The notes under the pieces: model-generated
Databases searched by the model: none
What the model was told of the DNA's origin: nothing
What the model saw: only the letters and a program-made list of their open reading frames with translations
DNA from: Pyrinomonadaceae bacterium
Lineage (GTDB): Bacteria; Acidobacteriota; Blastocatellia; Pyrinomonadales; Pyrinomonadaceae
NCBI GenBank assembly: GCA_049679945.1
Contig: JBAUGW010000063.1
Span: 272-64,271, forward strand
Reading direction: 5' to 3'
DNA: 64,000 bases
Program-made: the position numbers and the translations under genes
In this document: positions 45,389-55,142 of the stretch, piece after piece
How positions within the stretch are numbered: position 1 is the stretch's first letter
How the letters are laid out: each line of letters opens with the position of its first letter

Positions 45389-45934
45389 TTGGCGGCTGAT
45401 TTGCGATCCGTAAAGATGCTTCTGCTAATTGCAGTTTTGGCTTTTCTGTCGGCTGCGTTTCTGCTGTTTCGCTTCACGAGACGGCACGATCCCGGATTTT
45501 CCGCTCAAAATACGATCCCGCTCGAACCGCCGTTAAATGCTCGGCCGTTGTTTGCTCCATCGGAAGATGAACTTCGCCGCGAGGAAACTAGAACGCTGGC
45601 ACGTAAGATTGCTCGGCGAGAGTATCGTGCAAAAGCGGCGGCTCGTGCAACCATTGATGAGGCTTTGTCCAATTGGCGCAGTGTTAGCGACCTAAAAAAT
45701 ACGTCGGAATTGCTGCGAGTATCGGCCGAAGCCGGACAGATTGGCGATTTTTCGCGAGCCGCGAACGAGATCATCGAAGTGTTTCGGAAATCCGGTATCG
45801 ATGGTCTGACGCGCGGCGATTTAGCTGCATTGTTGGACAGCCATTACAGGCTGCTTCCATCGGGAGAGCAAGCTTCGGGCGAGCTTTTTTGGCTGAGGGA
45901 AGAAATAGCCAAACTCGCGCAAGTAAACGTTTGA
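45389..45934 (+). CDS. hypothetical membrane-anchored protein
   Basis: N-terminal TM LLLIAVLAFLSAAFLLF. No motif recognised. Confidence 0.5.
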   Translation: MAADLRSVKMLLLIAVLAFLSAAFLLFRFTRRHDPGFSAQNTIPLEPPLNARPLFAPSEDELRREETRTLARKIARREYRAKAAARATIDEALSNWRSVSDLKNTSELLRVSAEAGQIGDFSRAANEIIEVFRKSGIDGLTRGDLAALLDSHYRLLPSGEQASGELFWLREEIAKLAQVNV

Positions 45935-45973
45935 ATTATGGGATAAACTATTGTTTACCCCGAGGAAATTGAT

Positions 45974-48172
45974 ATGGAAACTTCTGTGCCGTTGATCATA
46001 GTTGGCGTTATCGCAGTCGTCGGTTTGTTTTTGCTTTGGTATATCGTGACCCGATTTCTGGTCAATATCGGTGCTAAAGAAGTCGGTATTAAGGAGCGTC
46101 GCTACTTAGGACGTAGAATGCCGCAGGGCCGCGTCGTCGCAACTGACGGCGAGGTCGGTTTGCAGGCCGATGTTCTAAAGCCGGGACTTCATTTCGTCAT
46201 GTATCCGGTCGAGCGTGTCGTGCAAAAGGTGCCGCTGGTTGAGATCGGAGCAGATGAACTCGGCGTGATAGAGGCCATCGACGGCGAACCGATGCCTATG
46301 GGCAGTATATTTGCCCCTGACCGCGCGCAAAATGCTCACAATAACTTTCAAGACCCGATCGCGTTTATAAAACAGGGCGGGGTAAAGGGCATACAGCTTC
46401 GCACGCTGCCGCCGGGAAAATGGGCGATTCACCCATATCTTTTTCGTGTTTCGATAGCTCAGACAACGGTAATTCCGCCTGGAAAAGTAGGCATTATTAC
46501 TGCCGCTGACGGCGAACCGCTCGACGCCGGACGTTTGCACGGTAAGGCGATTGCCGATCATAAGAATTTTCAGGATGCCGAGGCGTTTATCTGCAACGAC
46601 GGGCAAAAAGGCCCGCAGGTTGAGATACTCACGCCCGGAACATACCGGATTCATACAGAATCAATCTCGGCCGAAGATAGTTCTGCGCAAGCTGGTCTGT
46701 TCAATGTCCGCATGTTCGACGCGACGATGATAACTGAAAATCAGATCGGCCTTGTCGAAGCTCTCGACGGCGCGCCGCTCGACCCAAAAGATTACGTGGC
46801 GTCACCGGTCACGGGACACGACAATTTTCAGGACTCAAACACCTTTATCACCGCCGGCGGTCAGCGTGGGCCGCAGAAAGATATACTTCTCCCCGGAACT
46901 TATTACATCAATCCGCTGCTGTTTAAGGTCATCCTCGAATCAGCGAAAGAGGTCAAACCGGGCGAGGTCGCGGTCATAGTTTCGAATACAGGCAAAGATC
47001 CGTCCGAAGAAATCCGTCAGGCGATGGCCCGCAAGATTCGTGAGCGGCTTGAGCAGGAAGAGAACGAACAGATGGAGATTGCGGCCGAAAAGCTCGATCA
47101 GGTCGATGGCGAAAAAGCTACGCTTGAGGATATCAAGGCCGAACTTTTGTCGGGCGATCCGGCTGATAAACGCCTCGACAGCGGTGCTCACGAGGCATAT
47201 GTCGTGCCCGAAGGCTATCGCGGTATTCAGGAAACTGTCGTCGGTCCCGGTCGCTATTACGTCAACACCTTGGCCGTGTCCCCGATCGTTATCCCGACGA
47301 CAAATCAGACGGTCGAGTGGACGGCGGGCGAAGTTGCTAACACGTTCGACCCGTTTGAGGTCATTTCGAAAGACGGTTTTACGATGCAACTCGAAGTGCG
47401 TGTCGTCTTTCGCGTTAAGCCGGAAGATGCGCCGTTTATGGTCGCGAAGATCGGCGACGTAACCCGCTTGATCCAGAACGTAATGCACCCGCTGATCGAC
47501 TCAATCTTTAGAAATCAGGCATCGGAAAGCTCGGCGATGGCATATTTACAGAACCGCCACGAAGAACAGGAACGCGCCGAAGCACGCGTACGCATGCACC
47601 TTTTGAAGTATCACGTTGATGTCGTGAACGTGCTGATCTGTCACATTCATTTACCCGAAGAACTAATGAAAACCCAGACCGAGAAAATTCTTGCCGAGCA
47701 GCGGCAGAATATGTACAACGCGCAACGCGAAGCCGAGGTCAAACGCATCGAACTCGAACGGACAAGCTCGCAGGCGGACAATCAGAAGAGCCTGATGGAA
47801 GCAACCGTCGGCGTGGACATCGCCGGCAAGCGTTCGGAACAACGCAAGAAGGAAGCTGAGGGCGAAGCTTACTATATAAGCGAAACCGGCAAGGCTGAGG
47901 CCGAAAAGATGCGGCTTATCGGTGAAGCTCAGGGCGTCGCTTACAACGAGCAGGTCAAGGCTCTCGGCGGCAGCAATATCGCAATGATCGAGACGCTAAA
48001 GGTAATCGGCGAAAAGGGCGTGCGTATCACGCCGGACATTCTGGCATCCGGCGGCAACGGCTCGGGTGATGGCGGCGGCATCGGCACGCTGTTGCTGCTA
48101 AACCTTTTCAAGGACCAGCTGAAAAACGGTAAGCCGCCGGCCGGTGATCCGATACACGGCGATAAAAGCTAA
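45974..48172 (+). CDS. SPFH/band-7 (flotillin-like) protein with triplicated N-terminal module
   Basis: N-terminal TM, three ~60-65-aa repeats (DG.PL...NFQD...F...GG.KG.Q...L.PG.Y.I.P), an SPFH core, and a long EA-rich coiled coil. Confidence 0.85.
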   Translation: METSVPLIIVGVIAVVGLFLLWYIVTRFLVNIGAKEVGIKERRYLGRRMPQGRVVATDGEVGLQADVLKPGLHFVMYPVERVVQKVPLVEIGADELGVIEAIDGEPMPMGSIFAPDRAQNAHNNFQDPIAFIKQGGVKGIQLRTLPPGKWAIHPYLFRVSIAQTTVIPPGKVGIITAADGEPLDAGRLHGKAIADHKNFQDAEAFICNDGQKGPQVEILTPGTYRIHTESISAEDSSAQAGLFNVRMFDATMITENQIGLVEALDGAPLDPKDYVASPVTGHDNFQDSNTFITAGGQRGPQKDILLPGTYYINPLLFKVILESAKEVKPGEVAVIVSNTGKDPSEEIRQAMARKIRERLEQEENEQMEIAAEKLDQVDGEKATLEDIKAELLSGDPADKRLDSGAHEAYVVPEGYRGIQETVVGPGRYYVNTLAVSPIVIPTTNQTVEWTAGEVANTFDPFEVISKDGFTMQLEVRVVFRVKPEDAPFMVAKIGDVTRLIQNVMHPLIDSIFRNQASESSAMAYLQNRHEEQERAEARVRMHLLKYHVDVVNVLICHIHLPEELMKTQTEKILAEQRQNMYNAQREAEVKRIELERTSSQADNQKSLMEATVGVDIAGKRSEQRKKEAEGEAYYISETGKAEAEKMRLIGEAQGVAYNEQVKALGGSNIAMIETLKVIGEKGVRITPDILASGGNGSGDGGGIGTLLLLNLFKDQLKNGKPPAGDPIHGDKS

Positions 48173-48197
48173 AAAATATACCGACCCCACTGGCTCT

Positions 48198-48231
48198 ATC
48201 GTGGTGGCATATTGCCGCCACGATTTTTTTT
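48198..48231 (+). terminator. intrinsic terminator
   Basis: ATCGTGGTGGC-ATATT-GCCGCCACGAT stem followed by a T8 run. Confidence 0.75.
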
Positions 48232-48315
48232 GAATCCATTTTCACACCACCCTCGAAAACTACTCCAAAGGCAAAGAAAACCTTTTCTTAGATAAAACAA
48301 GGGGAGAAATTTGAA

Positions 48316-48882
48316 ATGAAATCATTAGTTACTTTATTTGCGTTGACGCTTGGTTTGGCGGTCGGAGTTACGGCTCAGGACATGGGCATGAAGTCGGACG
48401 TCAATCCTATGGTCGGCGGAGCGGCGATGTACAAGACAAAGAACATCGTCGAGAACGCTGTTAATTCAAAAGATCACACGACGCTCGTTGCTGCGGTTAA
48501 GGCTGCTGGCTTGGTCGAAACGCTGCAGAGCGCAGGGCCGTTCACCGTGTTTGCACCGGTCAATAGTGCGTTCGACAAACTGCCCGCGGGCACGGTCGAG
48601 ACTCTTCTCAAGCCGGAGAACAAGGCGGTGCTCACAAAGGTCTTGACTTATCACGTCATCGCCGGCAACTACGATTCAAAATCGATTGCAAAGGCGATCA
48701 AGATGGGCGGCGGCAAAGCTGAATTCACGACAGTCGCGGGCGGCAAGCTCACGGGCTCGATGGACGGTAAGAACCTGATCCTGACCGACGAAAAAGGCGG
48801 CAAATCGATGGTCACGATCGCGGATGTTCGCCAGTCGAACGGCGTGATCCACGTCATCGACACGGTCGTGTTGCCCAACTAA
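48316..48882 (+). CDS. fasciclin (FAS1) domain protein, exported
   Basis: Signal peptide, and FTVFAPVNSAFDKLP...LTYHVI...NGVIHVIDTVVLP. Confidence 0.92.
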   Translation: MKSLVTLFALTLGLAVGVTAQDMGMKSDVNPMVGGAAMYKTKNIVENAVNSKDHTTLVAAVKAAGLVETLQSAGPFTVFAPVNSAFDKLPAGTVETLLKPENKAVLTKVLTYHVIAGNYDSKSIAKAIKMGGGKAEFTTVAGGKLTGSMDGKNLILTDEKGGKSMVTIADVRQSNGVIHVIDTVVLPN

Positions 48883-48899
48883 CACGTTGTTTTAACTTT

Positions 48900-49004
48900 C
48901 GCCCGACGATCGAGGGCAATCTATCAAGGTTTTGGTTGACGCAGCATTTTCTGGAGGGGGGATGCCGCAGCAACCAAAAGGGTAAGACCTTCGATCATCG
49001 GGCG
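48900..49004. repeat. multi-hairpin palindromic element
   Basis: Outer arms CGCCCGACGATCGAGGG (48900-48916) and CCTTCGATCATCGGGCG (48988-49004) are 15/17 complementary. Inner arms are TTTTGGTTG/CAACCAAAA. Confidence 0.65.
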
Positions 49005-49027
49005 AATTTATGTTTAAACTTAAAGTT

Positions 49028-49612
49028 ATGAATTACAAAATCATTTTTACGTCGATTGCATTCGTTTTATATGCGGGTTTTGCTTTCATCGTCAGCCCGA
49101 TCGGTTTTGCCTCGGCCGCGACCGAGACATCGATCGCAGCGACCGCGACGCCAAAGCCAAAACAGAAAAGCGTAAAGACCGTTCGCGAGATCACTTTTAT
49201 CGACAGCGAATTCGACGGGGTGAGTTTAACCACAACCGACGCCGAATGGAAGAAGATACTTACGCCAACCGAGTTTTACATCATGCGGCAGGAAGGCACC
49301 GAGCAGCCTTACACCGGCGCGTTGACCGACAATAAAAGGGCGGGCACTTATCATTGCGCGGCGTGCGGTCTGATACTTTTCAAGTCAGACGCGAAGTACG
49401 ATTCTCAAACCGGCTGGCCGAGCTTTTACGACGTGGCATTCAAAAAGAACGTCGCTGAAAAAGAGGATCGCGCTCTCGACGAAGTTCGCACCGAGGTCGA
49501 ATGCGCACGCTGCGGCGCACACATCGGCCACGTATTCGACGACGGCCCGCAGCCGACCGGCTTGCGATATTGTATTAACTCTCCCGCTCTGAGATTCAAA
49601 GAATCAAAGTAG
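49028..49612 (+). CDS. msrB: peptide-methionine (R)-S-oxide reductase MsrB, exported/membrane-anchored
   Basis: Two CxxC pairs (CAAC, CARC), GWPSF, and RYCINS active site. Hydrophobic N-terminus. Start at 49028 or 49010. Confidence 0.9.
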   Translation: MNYKIIFTSIAFVLYAGFAFIVSPIGFASAATETSIAATATPKPKQKSVKTVREITFIDSEFDGVSLTTTDAEWKKILTPTEFYIMRQEGTEQPYTGALTDNKRAGTYHCAACGLILFKSDAKYDSQTGWPSFYDVAFKKNVAEKEDRALDEVRTEVECARCGAHIGHVFDDGPQPTGLRYCINSPALRFKESK

Positions 49613-49623
49613 TTACCCTTTCA

Positions 49624-49776
49624 GGCTTGCCGTCTATTTGCGGAAAAGCTCTGCTTTTCCGCCAAATTCAAATCATTTATTGAGGCTGTGCCTCCGCTGA
49701 TAGGCGGCGCAGCCGCATTTGTTTTTAGTCAATCTTTCGGTGAAGCACAGCTTCACCGCAAATAGAGCGGCAAGCC
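49624..49776. repeat. multi-hairpin palindromic element
   Basis: Outer arms are GGCTTGCCGTCTATTTGCGG and CCGCAAATAGAGCGGCAAGCC. Inner hairpins are GCGGAAAAG..CTTTTCCGC and GGTGAAG..CTTCACC. Confidence 0.75.
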
Positions 49777-49809
49777 GCATGAATGCAGTTCAACTGTACG
49801 TTATGTTAG

Positions 49810-50860
<1,051 letters not shown>

Positions 50861-50864
<4 letters not shown>

Positions 50865-51496
50865 ACGAACTACAAACTGCGATGACCGACTATGCAGAGG
50901 CGCTTACATCCGGTGAGAGCGAGGTACTTCGCGAGCTTCGCGAACATTGCAATGCTCACTACGACGACAGGGCGATGTTGTCCGGTTTTTATCAAGGCCG
51001 AGTTTTGTCCATGCTCTCGCACATGATCAAACCCAAAGTCGTACTTGAGATCGGCACATATCTCGGCTATTCGGCACTCTGCCTTGCCGAAGGTTTAGCA
51101 GACGGCGGCAAGGTGATAACGCTCGATGTAAACGAGGCGACGAACCGAGTCGCGAGTCTCTTTGTCGAGCGAACCGATTACAAAGACAAGATCGATTTTC
51201 ACCTCGGAAGCGCGATCGACATCATCCCAACGCTGCCCGAGACTTTCGATCTCGTGTTCATCGACGCCGATAAACCTAATTATTCCAACTATTACAACCT
51301 TGTCTTCGACCGCGTCCGCCAAAGTGGTTTTATCGTCGCCGACAATGTGCTGTGGAGCGGCAAAGTACTCTTAGCCGCAAAAGATGAAGAGACACAGGCG
51401 CTCTACGATTACAGCAAGATGGTTATGGCGGATGAGAGAGTTGAGAATGTCCTGCTGCCCATCCGCGACGGATTAATGATCGCGAGAAAGAAATAA
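50861..51496 (+). CDS. class I SAM-dependent O-methyltransferase (caffeoyl-CoA OMT-like)
   Basis: VLEIGTYLGYSALCLA...DLVFIDADK...GFIVADNVLW motifs. The ATG overlaps the upstream stop (ATGA). Confidence 0.9.
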
Positions 51497-51531
51497 CCTC
51501 GCTTCGCAAAAACTGCTAAGATATTTTCATA

Positions 51532-53802
51532 ATGCTAACGCGTGAGTTGGAAGAAACTTTGAGCTATGCGGTTGATGAGGCCGTAAAGCACAAACACGAG
51601 TACGTGACGCTCGAACACCTGCTATTTGCGCTGCTCGAGGACGCAGCGGCGCGCGAGATATTGTTCAACTGCGGCGCCGAGATTGACGAACTCGCCCGCG
51701 CGCTCACCGAGTATTTTGACAATGTGCTCGAGAAAATTCCTTCGGATGTTAAGACGATGCCCGAACTCACTTCCACGTTCCAGTCGACTATTAGTTACGC
51801 CGTCCTTCAGGCCGAGGGCAGTGGTCAGCCAGCTGTTGACGGCGGTAATATACTCGCTGCGTTGTATCAGGCCGAGCAGTCTTACGCAGTTTATCTGCTC
51901 AATCAACAAGGTGTTACGCGGCTGGATATTTTGAATTACATCGCGCACGGCATCTCAAAGGTCGATCGCGGTGGGCCATTACCAGACGGAATCGATGACG
52001 AGGACCTCGATCCGGAAGGAACTCCGCAACGCAAAAAACCACTCGAGAGTTTTACGACAGAACTCGTCGCGCTCGCACGCGAAGGCGGCATTGACCCGAT
52101 TGTCGGCCGCTTGGCTGAGATCGAGCGCACGATACAGGTTCTGTGCCGCCGTAAGAAAAATAATCCGCTTTATGTAGGCGAGCCGGGCGTCGGAAAAACT
52201 GCCCTGGCCGAAGGCCTCGCATTAAAAATCAGCGAAGGCAATGTGCCCGAAGTTTTGAAGGACGCGAAAGTTTTTGCACTCGACATGGGCGCGGTGCTTG
52301 CGGGAACGCGTTATCGCGGCGATTTTGAACAGCGGTTCAAGGCGATCATCACCGAACTTAAAAGCCAAGAGAACGCCATACTTTTTATCGACGAGATTCA
52401 TACGATAGTTGGCGCCGGTGCGGTTTCCGGCGGCTCGATGGATGCGTCAAATATTCTAAAACCGGCGTTAGCGGCGGGAGATCTGCGTTGTATCGGCTCG
52501 ACAACGCACGCCGAGTACAAAGCCGCGTTCGACCGTGACCGCGCGCTTGCACGACGCTTTCAGCGAATCGAGATCAACGAACCGACCGTTGACGAGACGT
52601 ATGAGATTCTCAAGGGCCTGCGTAAATTTTACGAGCAGCATCACGGCGTAAAATACTCTGATGAGAGTTTGAGAACGGCGTCGGAACTCGCGGGTAAATA
52701 CATTAACGACCGCTTTTTGCCGGACAAGGCGATCGACGTCATCGACGAGGTCGGCGCGTCGGTCAAGCTGCTGCCCGCAAGCCGACGCCCGAAAAAAGTA
52801 TCGGTGCAGATGGTGGAGAATACGATCGCTCGCATGGCTAAGATTCCGCCAAAGACCGTCGTTGCCGATGAAAGGACGCGGCTCAAGACTCTTCGCGAGG
52901 ACATAAAGAAATTTATTTTCGGCCAGGACGAAGCCATCGATGCCATCGTCGATGCGATACAGATCTCGCGTGCGGGACTAGGTCACGAAACAAAACCTGT
53001 CGGTTCGTTTTTGTTCTCAGGCCCGACCGGTGTCGGTAAAACTGAAGTGTCAAAACAGCTCGCCGAACAACTTGGCATCGAGTTCATACGCTTTGACATG
53101 AGCGAGTATGCCGAGCCGCACACGGTTTCGCGCCTCATCGGCGCTCCGCCGGGTTATGTCGGTTTCGATCAGGGCGGTTTGCTAACCGAGGCGATCATGC
53201 GAACGCCGCACGCGGTGCTCGTGCTCGACGAGATCGAGAAGGCTCATCCAAATCTTTTTAACCTGCTGCTGCAAGTGATGGACTCAGCGACGCTGACCGA
53301 CAACAACGGCAAGAAGGCAGATTTTCGAAATGTAATTCTAATCATGACGACAAACGCCGGCGCTCGTGAATTGTCGTCGGGCGGAATGGGATTTCGCAAC
53401 TCGTCCGATACAAAGGGCAACGCAAAAGGCGTGATCGAGCGGACGTTTATGCCGGAGTTTCGTAATAGGCTCGACGCGTGGGTGCCGTTCAAGGCGCTCG
53501 ACATCGACGTTATCAAATTGATCGTCGATAAATTTATCAACGAACTTAACGGCCAGCTTGCCGAGAAGCGTGTGCTTGTAAAACTCACTGACGATGCGCG
53601 CGAGTGGCTCGCGAAAAACGGCTTCGATGCACGTTACGGCGCCCGTCCGATGTCGCGACTGATTCACGTGCAAGTCAAACAACCGCTCGCTAACGAAATT
53701 CTTTTCGGCAAACTCACCGATGGCGGCAGCGTTAGCATCGAGGTCAAAAACGACAGCCTCAGTCTCGACATCGGCAAACAAAAGATCCTCGCAGACGCGT
53801 AA
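51532..53802 (+). CDS. clpA: ATP-dependent Clp protease ATP-binding subunit ClpA
   Basis: 756 aa. Clp N-domain, two AAA+ modules (GEPGVGKT, GPTGVGKT), and no ClpB-like middle domain. Confidence 0.95.
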   Translation: MLTRELEETLSYAVDEAVKHKHEYVTLEHLLFALLEDAAAREILFNCGAEIDELARALTEYFDNVLEKIPSDVKTMPELTSTFQSTISYAVLQAEGSGQPAVDGGNILAALYQAEQSYAVYLLNQQGVTRLDILNYIAHGISKVDRGGPLPDGIDDEDLDPEGTPQRKKPLESFTTELVALAREGGIDPIVGRLAEIERTIQVLCRRKKNNPLYVGEPGVGKTALAEGLALKISEGNVPEVLKDAKVFALDMGAVLAGTRYRGDFEQRFKAIITELKSQENAILFIDEIHTIVGAGAVSGGSMDASNILKPALAAGDLRCIGSTTHAEYKAAFDRDRALARRFQRIEINEPTVDETYEILKGLRKFYEQHHGVKYSDESLRTASELAGKYINDRFLPDKAIDVIDEVGASVKLLPASRRPKKVSVQMVENTIARMAKIPPKTVVADERTRLKTLREDIKKFIFGQDEAIDAIVDAIQISRAGLGHETKPVGSFLFSGPTGVGKTEVSKQLAEQLGIEFIRFDMSEYAEPHTVSRLIGAPPGYVGFDQGGLLTEAIMRTPHAVLVLDEIEKAHPNLFNLLLQVMDSATLTDNNGKKADFRNVILIMTTNAGARELSSGGMGFRNSSDTKGNAKGVIERTFMPEFRNRLDAWVPFKALDIDVIKLIVDKFINELNGQLAEKRVLVKLTDDAREWLAKNGFDARYGARPMSRLIHVQVKQPLANEILFGKLTDGGSVSIEVKNDSLSLDIGKQKILADA

Positions 53803-53816
53803 GACAAGACCCGTTG

Positions 53817-53879
53817 GCCACGAATGAACACGAATAGCACGAATAAGATCAAATCGTGTTATTCGTGTCCATCCGTGGC
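53817..53879. repeat. CACGAAT-class hairpin between convergent genes
   Basis: GCCACGAATGAACACGAATAGCA against the reverse complement of TGTTATTCGTGTCCATCCGTGGC is about 20/23. Likely a bidirectional terminator. Confidence 0.75.
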
Positions 53880-55075
53880 TAATTCCTCTTCTTTCTTAAT
53901 GTAACCAGTATCGCATCGCCCACCTTTCTCTCGCCTTCTTTGTCTGACGGACGATTGACCACTTTGCCGTCGAGAAACATCGTCGTCGAGCCGCCGCCGT
54001 CGAGATTCATCGCGTCCATCGCACCAAGCTCGAGCATGTATTTTGCGAGATCGTAAAGATCAAGCCCCGCACTCTGCTCCGTACGTCCATCGACCGTTAT
54101 CATCAGAAATTTGCCGTCTTTCAACTTCGCCACCGCCGTGCGCGGATGCCGCGTCTCGACAAACGACTTCGACGCCTTTTCCTGCTCCCAGGTAATATCG
54201 ATCTTGCCGTTTTTGATAAGCTGCGGAACGCCAGCAACAATATCTTCTGCTTCAGGAAAGAAACTGTTCTTTGGGGCCGGAAGCGGTCCGATACCGATAA
54301 CAACTCTTAGATCGACCCTCTCCTTCACGTGGTAAAGGATATTATTGGACTTTTCTAGAGCGTTCTTCCCAATCGAGATAACATAGCCACCTGTCGGAAT
54401 TACCGAATTTCCTTTGCCATTGGAAATCTCAGCCTTAAAGCACCTTTTCTGCATTCCGTTATTCGCGCAATCTCTGAGAATCAATTCCGTTCCGCTATCG
54501 TCGGTCAGTGTAGTGCGGTTGAAATCGGGCGTGTATAGAATAATCTCATCAATTTTCCGCTCACGATTCACACCCGCAAACCAGAATTCAGTATCGACGC
54601 CAAACCCGACGACGCTAATGGAATGGAGGTGTCCAAACTTTGCTTCTGTCTTGTCCTTTTCGTTTGCGATAGCGAGTGCGACTCGATTGTTGGTGCTTTC
54701 GCTCAATAACTTGTGATCAATCATCAAGACACCTGCCGCATCGCCTGCCCAGATACTGTTGTCGAGTCTGAAAAACCCCGCATTTATCGCCGCGAATGCA
54801 CTGTGGCGCGTGGCGATGGACGAGGTTTTTTCCGTGCCGATGGCCATGTCCATTGCGTGGTGGACGTCGAGACGGACTTTTTTTAGATCGAGGCGGAGAA
54901 GGTTGATATTGACGGGCTTACCGCTGAATTCACGCGCTACTCGCGCATACTCAACGCCGTCGGCGACGGCTTTCCACTCCTGAGCGAAGATATTCACCAC
55001 AGAGGCACAGAGAACACAGAGGGTAAAAATCAGGCGGGTTGGTCGAACTGACGGTTTATTTAAATAGAATTTCAT
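53879..55075 (-). CDS. phosphodiester glycosidase (NAGPA/DUF2233) family protein, secreted
   Basis: The start at ATG 55075 gives a signal peptide MKFYLNKPSVRPTRLIFTLCVLCASVVNIFA. C-terminal NLDGGGSTTM motif. Confidence 0.8.
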   Translation of the reverse strand: MKFYLNKPSVRPTRLIFTLCVLCASVVNIFAQEWKAVADGVEYARVAREFSGKPVNINLLRLDLKKVRLDVHHAMDMAIGTEKTSSIATRHSAFAAINAGFFRLDNSIWAGDAAGVLMIDHKLLSESTNNRVALAIANEKDKTEAKFGHLHSISVVGFGVDTEFWFAGVNRERKIDEIILYTPDFNRTTLTDDSGTELILRDCANNGMQKRCFKAEISNGKGNSVIPTGGYVISIGKNALEKSNNILYHVKERVDLRVVIGIGPLPAPKNSFFPEAEDIVAGVPQLIKNGKIDITWEQEKASKSFVETRHPRTAVAKLKDGKFLMITVDGRTEQSAGLDLYDLAKYMLELGAMDAMNLDGGGSTTMFLDGKVVNRPSDKEGERKVGDAILVTLRKKRN

Positions 55076-55120
55076 GTTTCTTTTGGCTTTCTCCGTGATC
55101 TCTGTGCCTCTGTGGTGAAT
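54992..55120. repeat. CACAGAG-class hairpin enclosing the start codon of the glycosidase gene
   Basis: Perfect 21-bp arms ATTCACCACAGAGGCACAGAG (54992-55012) and CTCTGTGCCTCTGTGGTGAAT (55100-55120), with partial extension. The loop contains the ATG at 55073-55075. Confidence 0.85.
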
Positions 55121-55142
55121 TCCTTTTATAATAACTAAGAAA

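Noticed and set aside
51497-51531. Expected a clpS adaptor gene upstream of clpA.
   Set aside because: Only a 35-nt gap follows the O-methyltransferase gene and no ClpS-like ORF is present. The absence is noted but not interpretable from this window alone.
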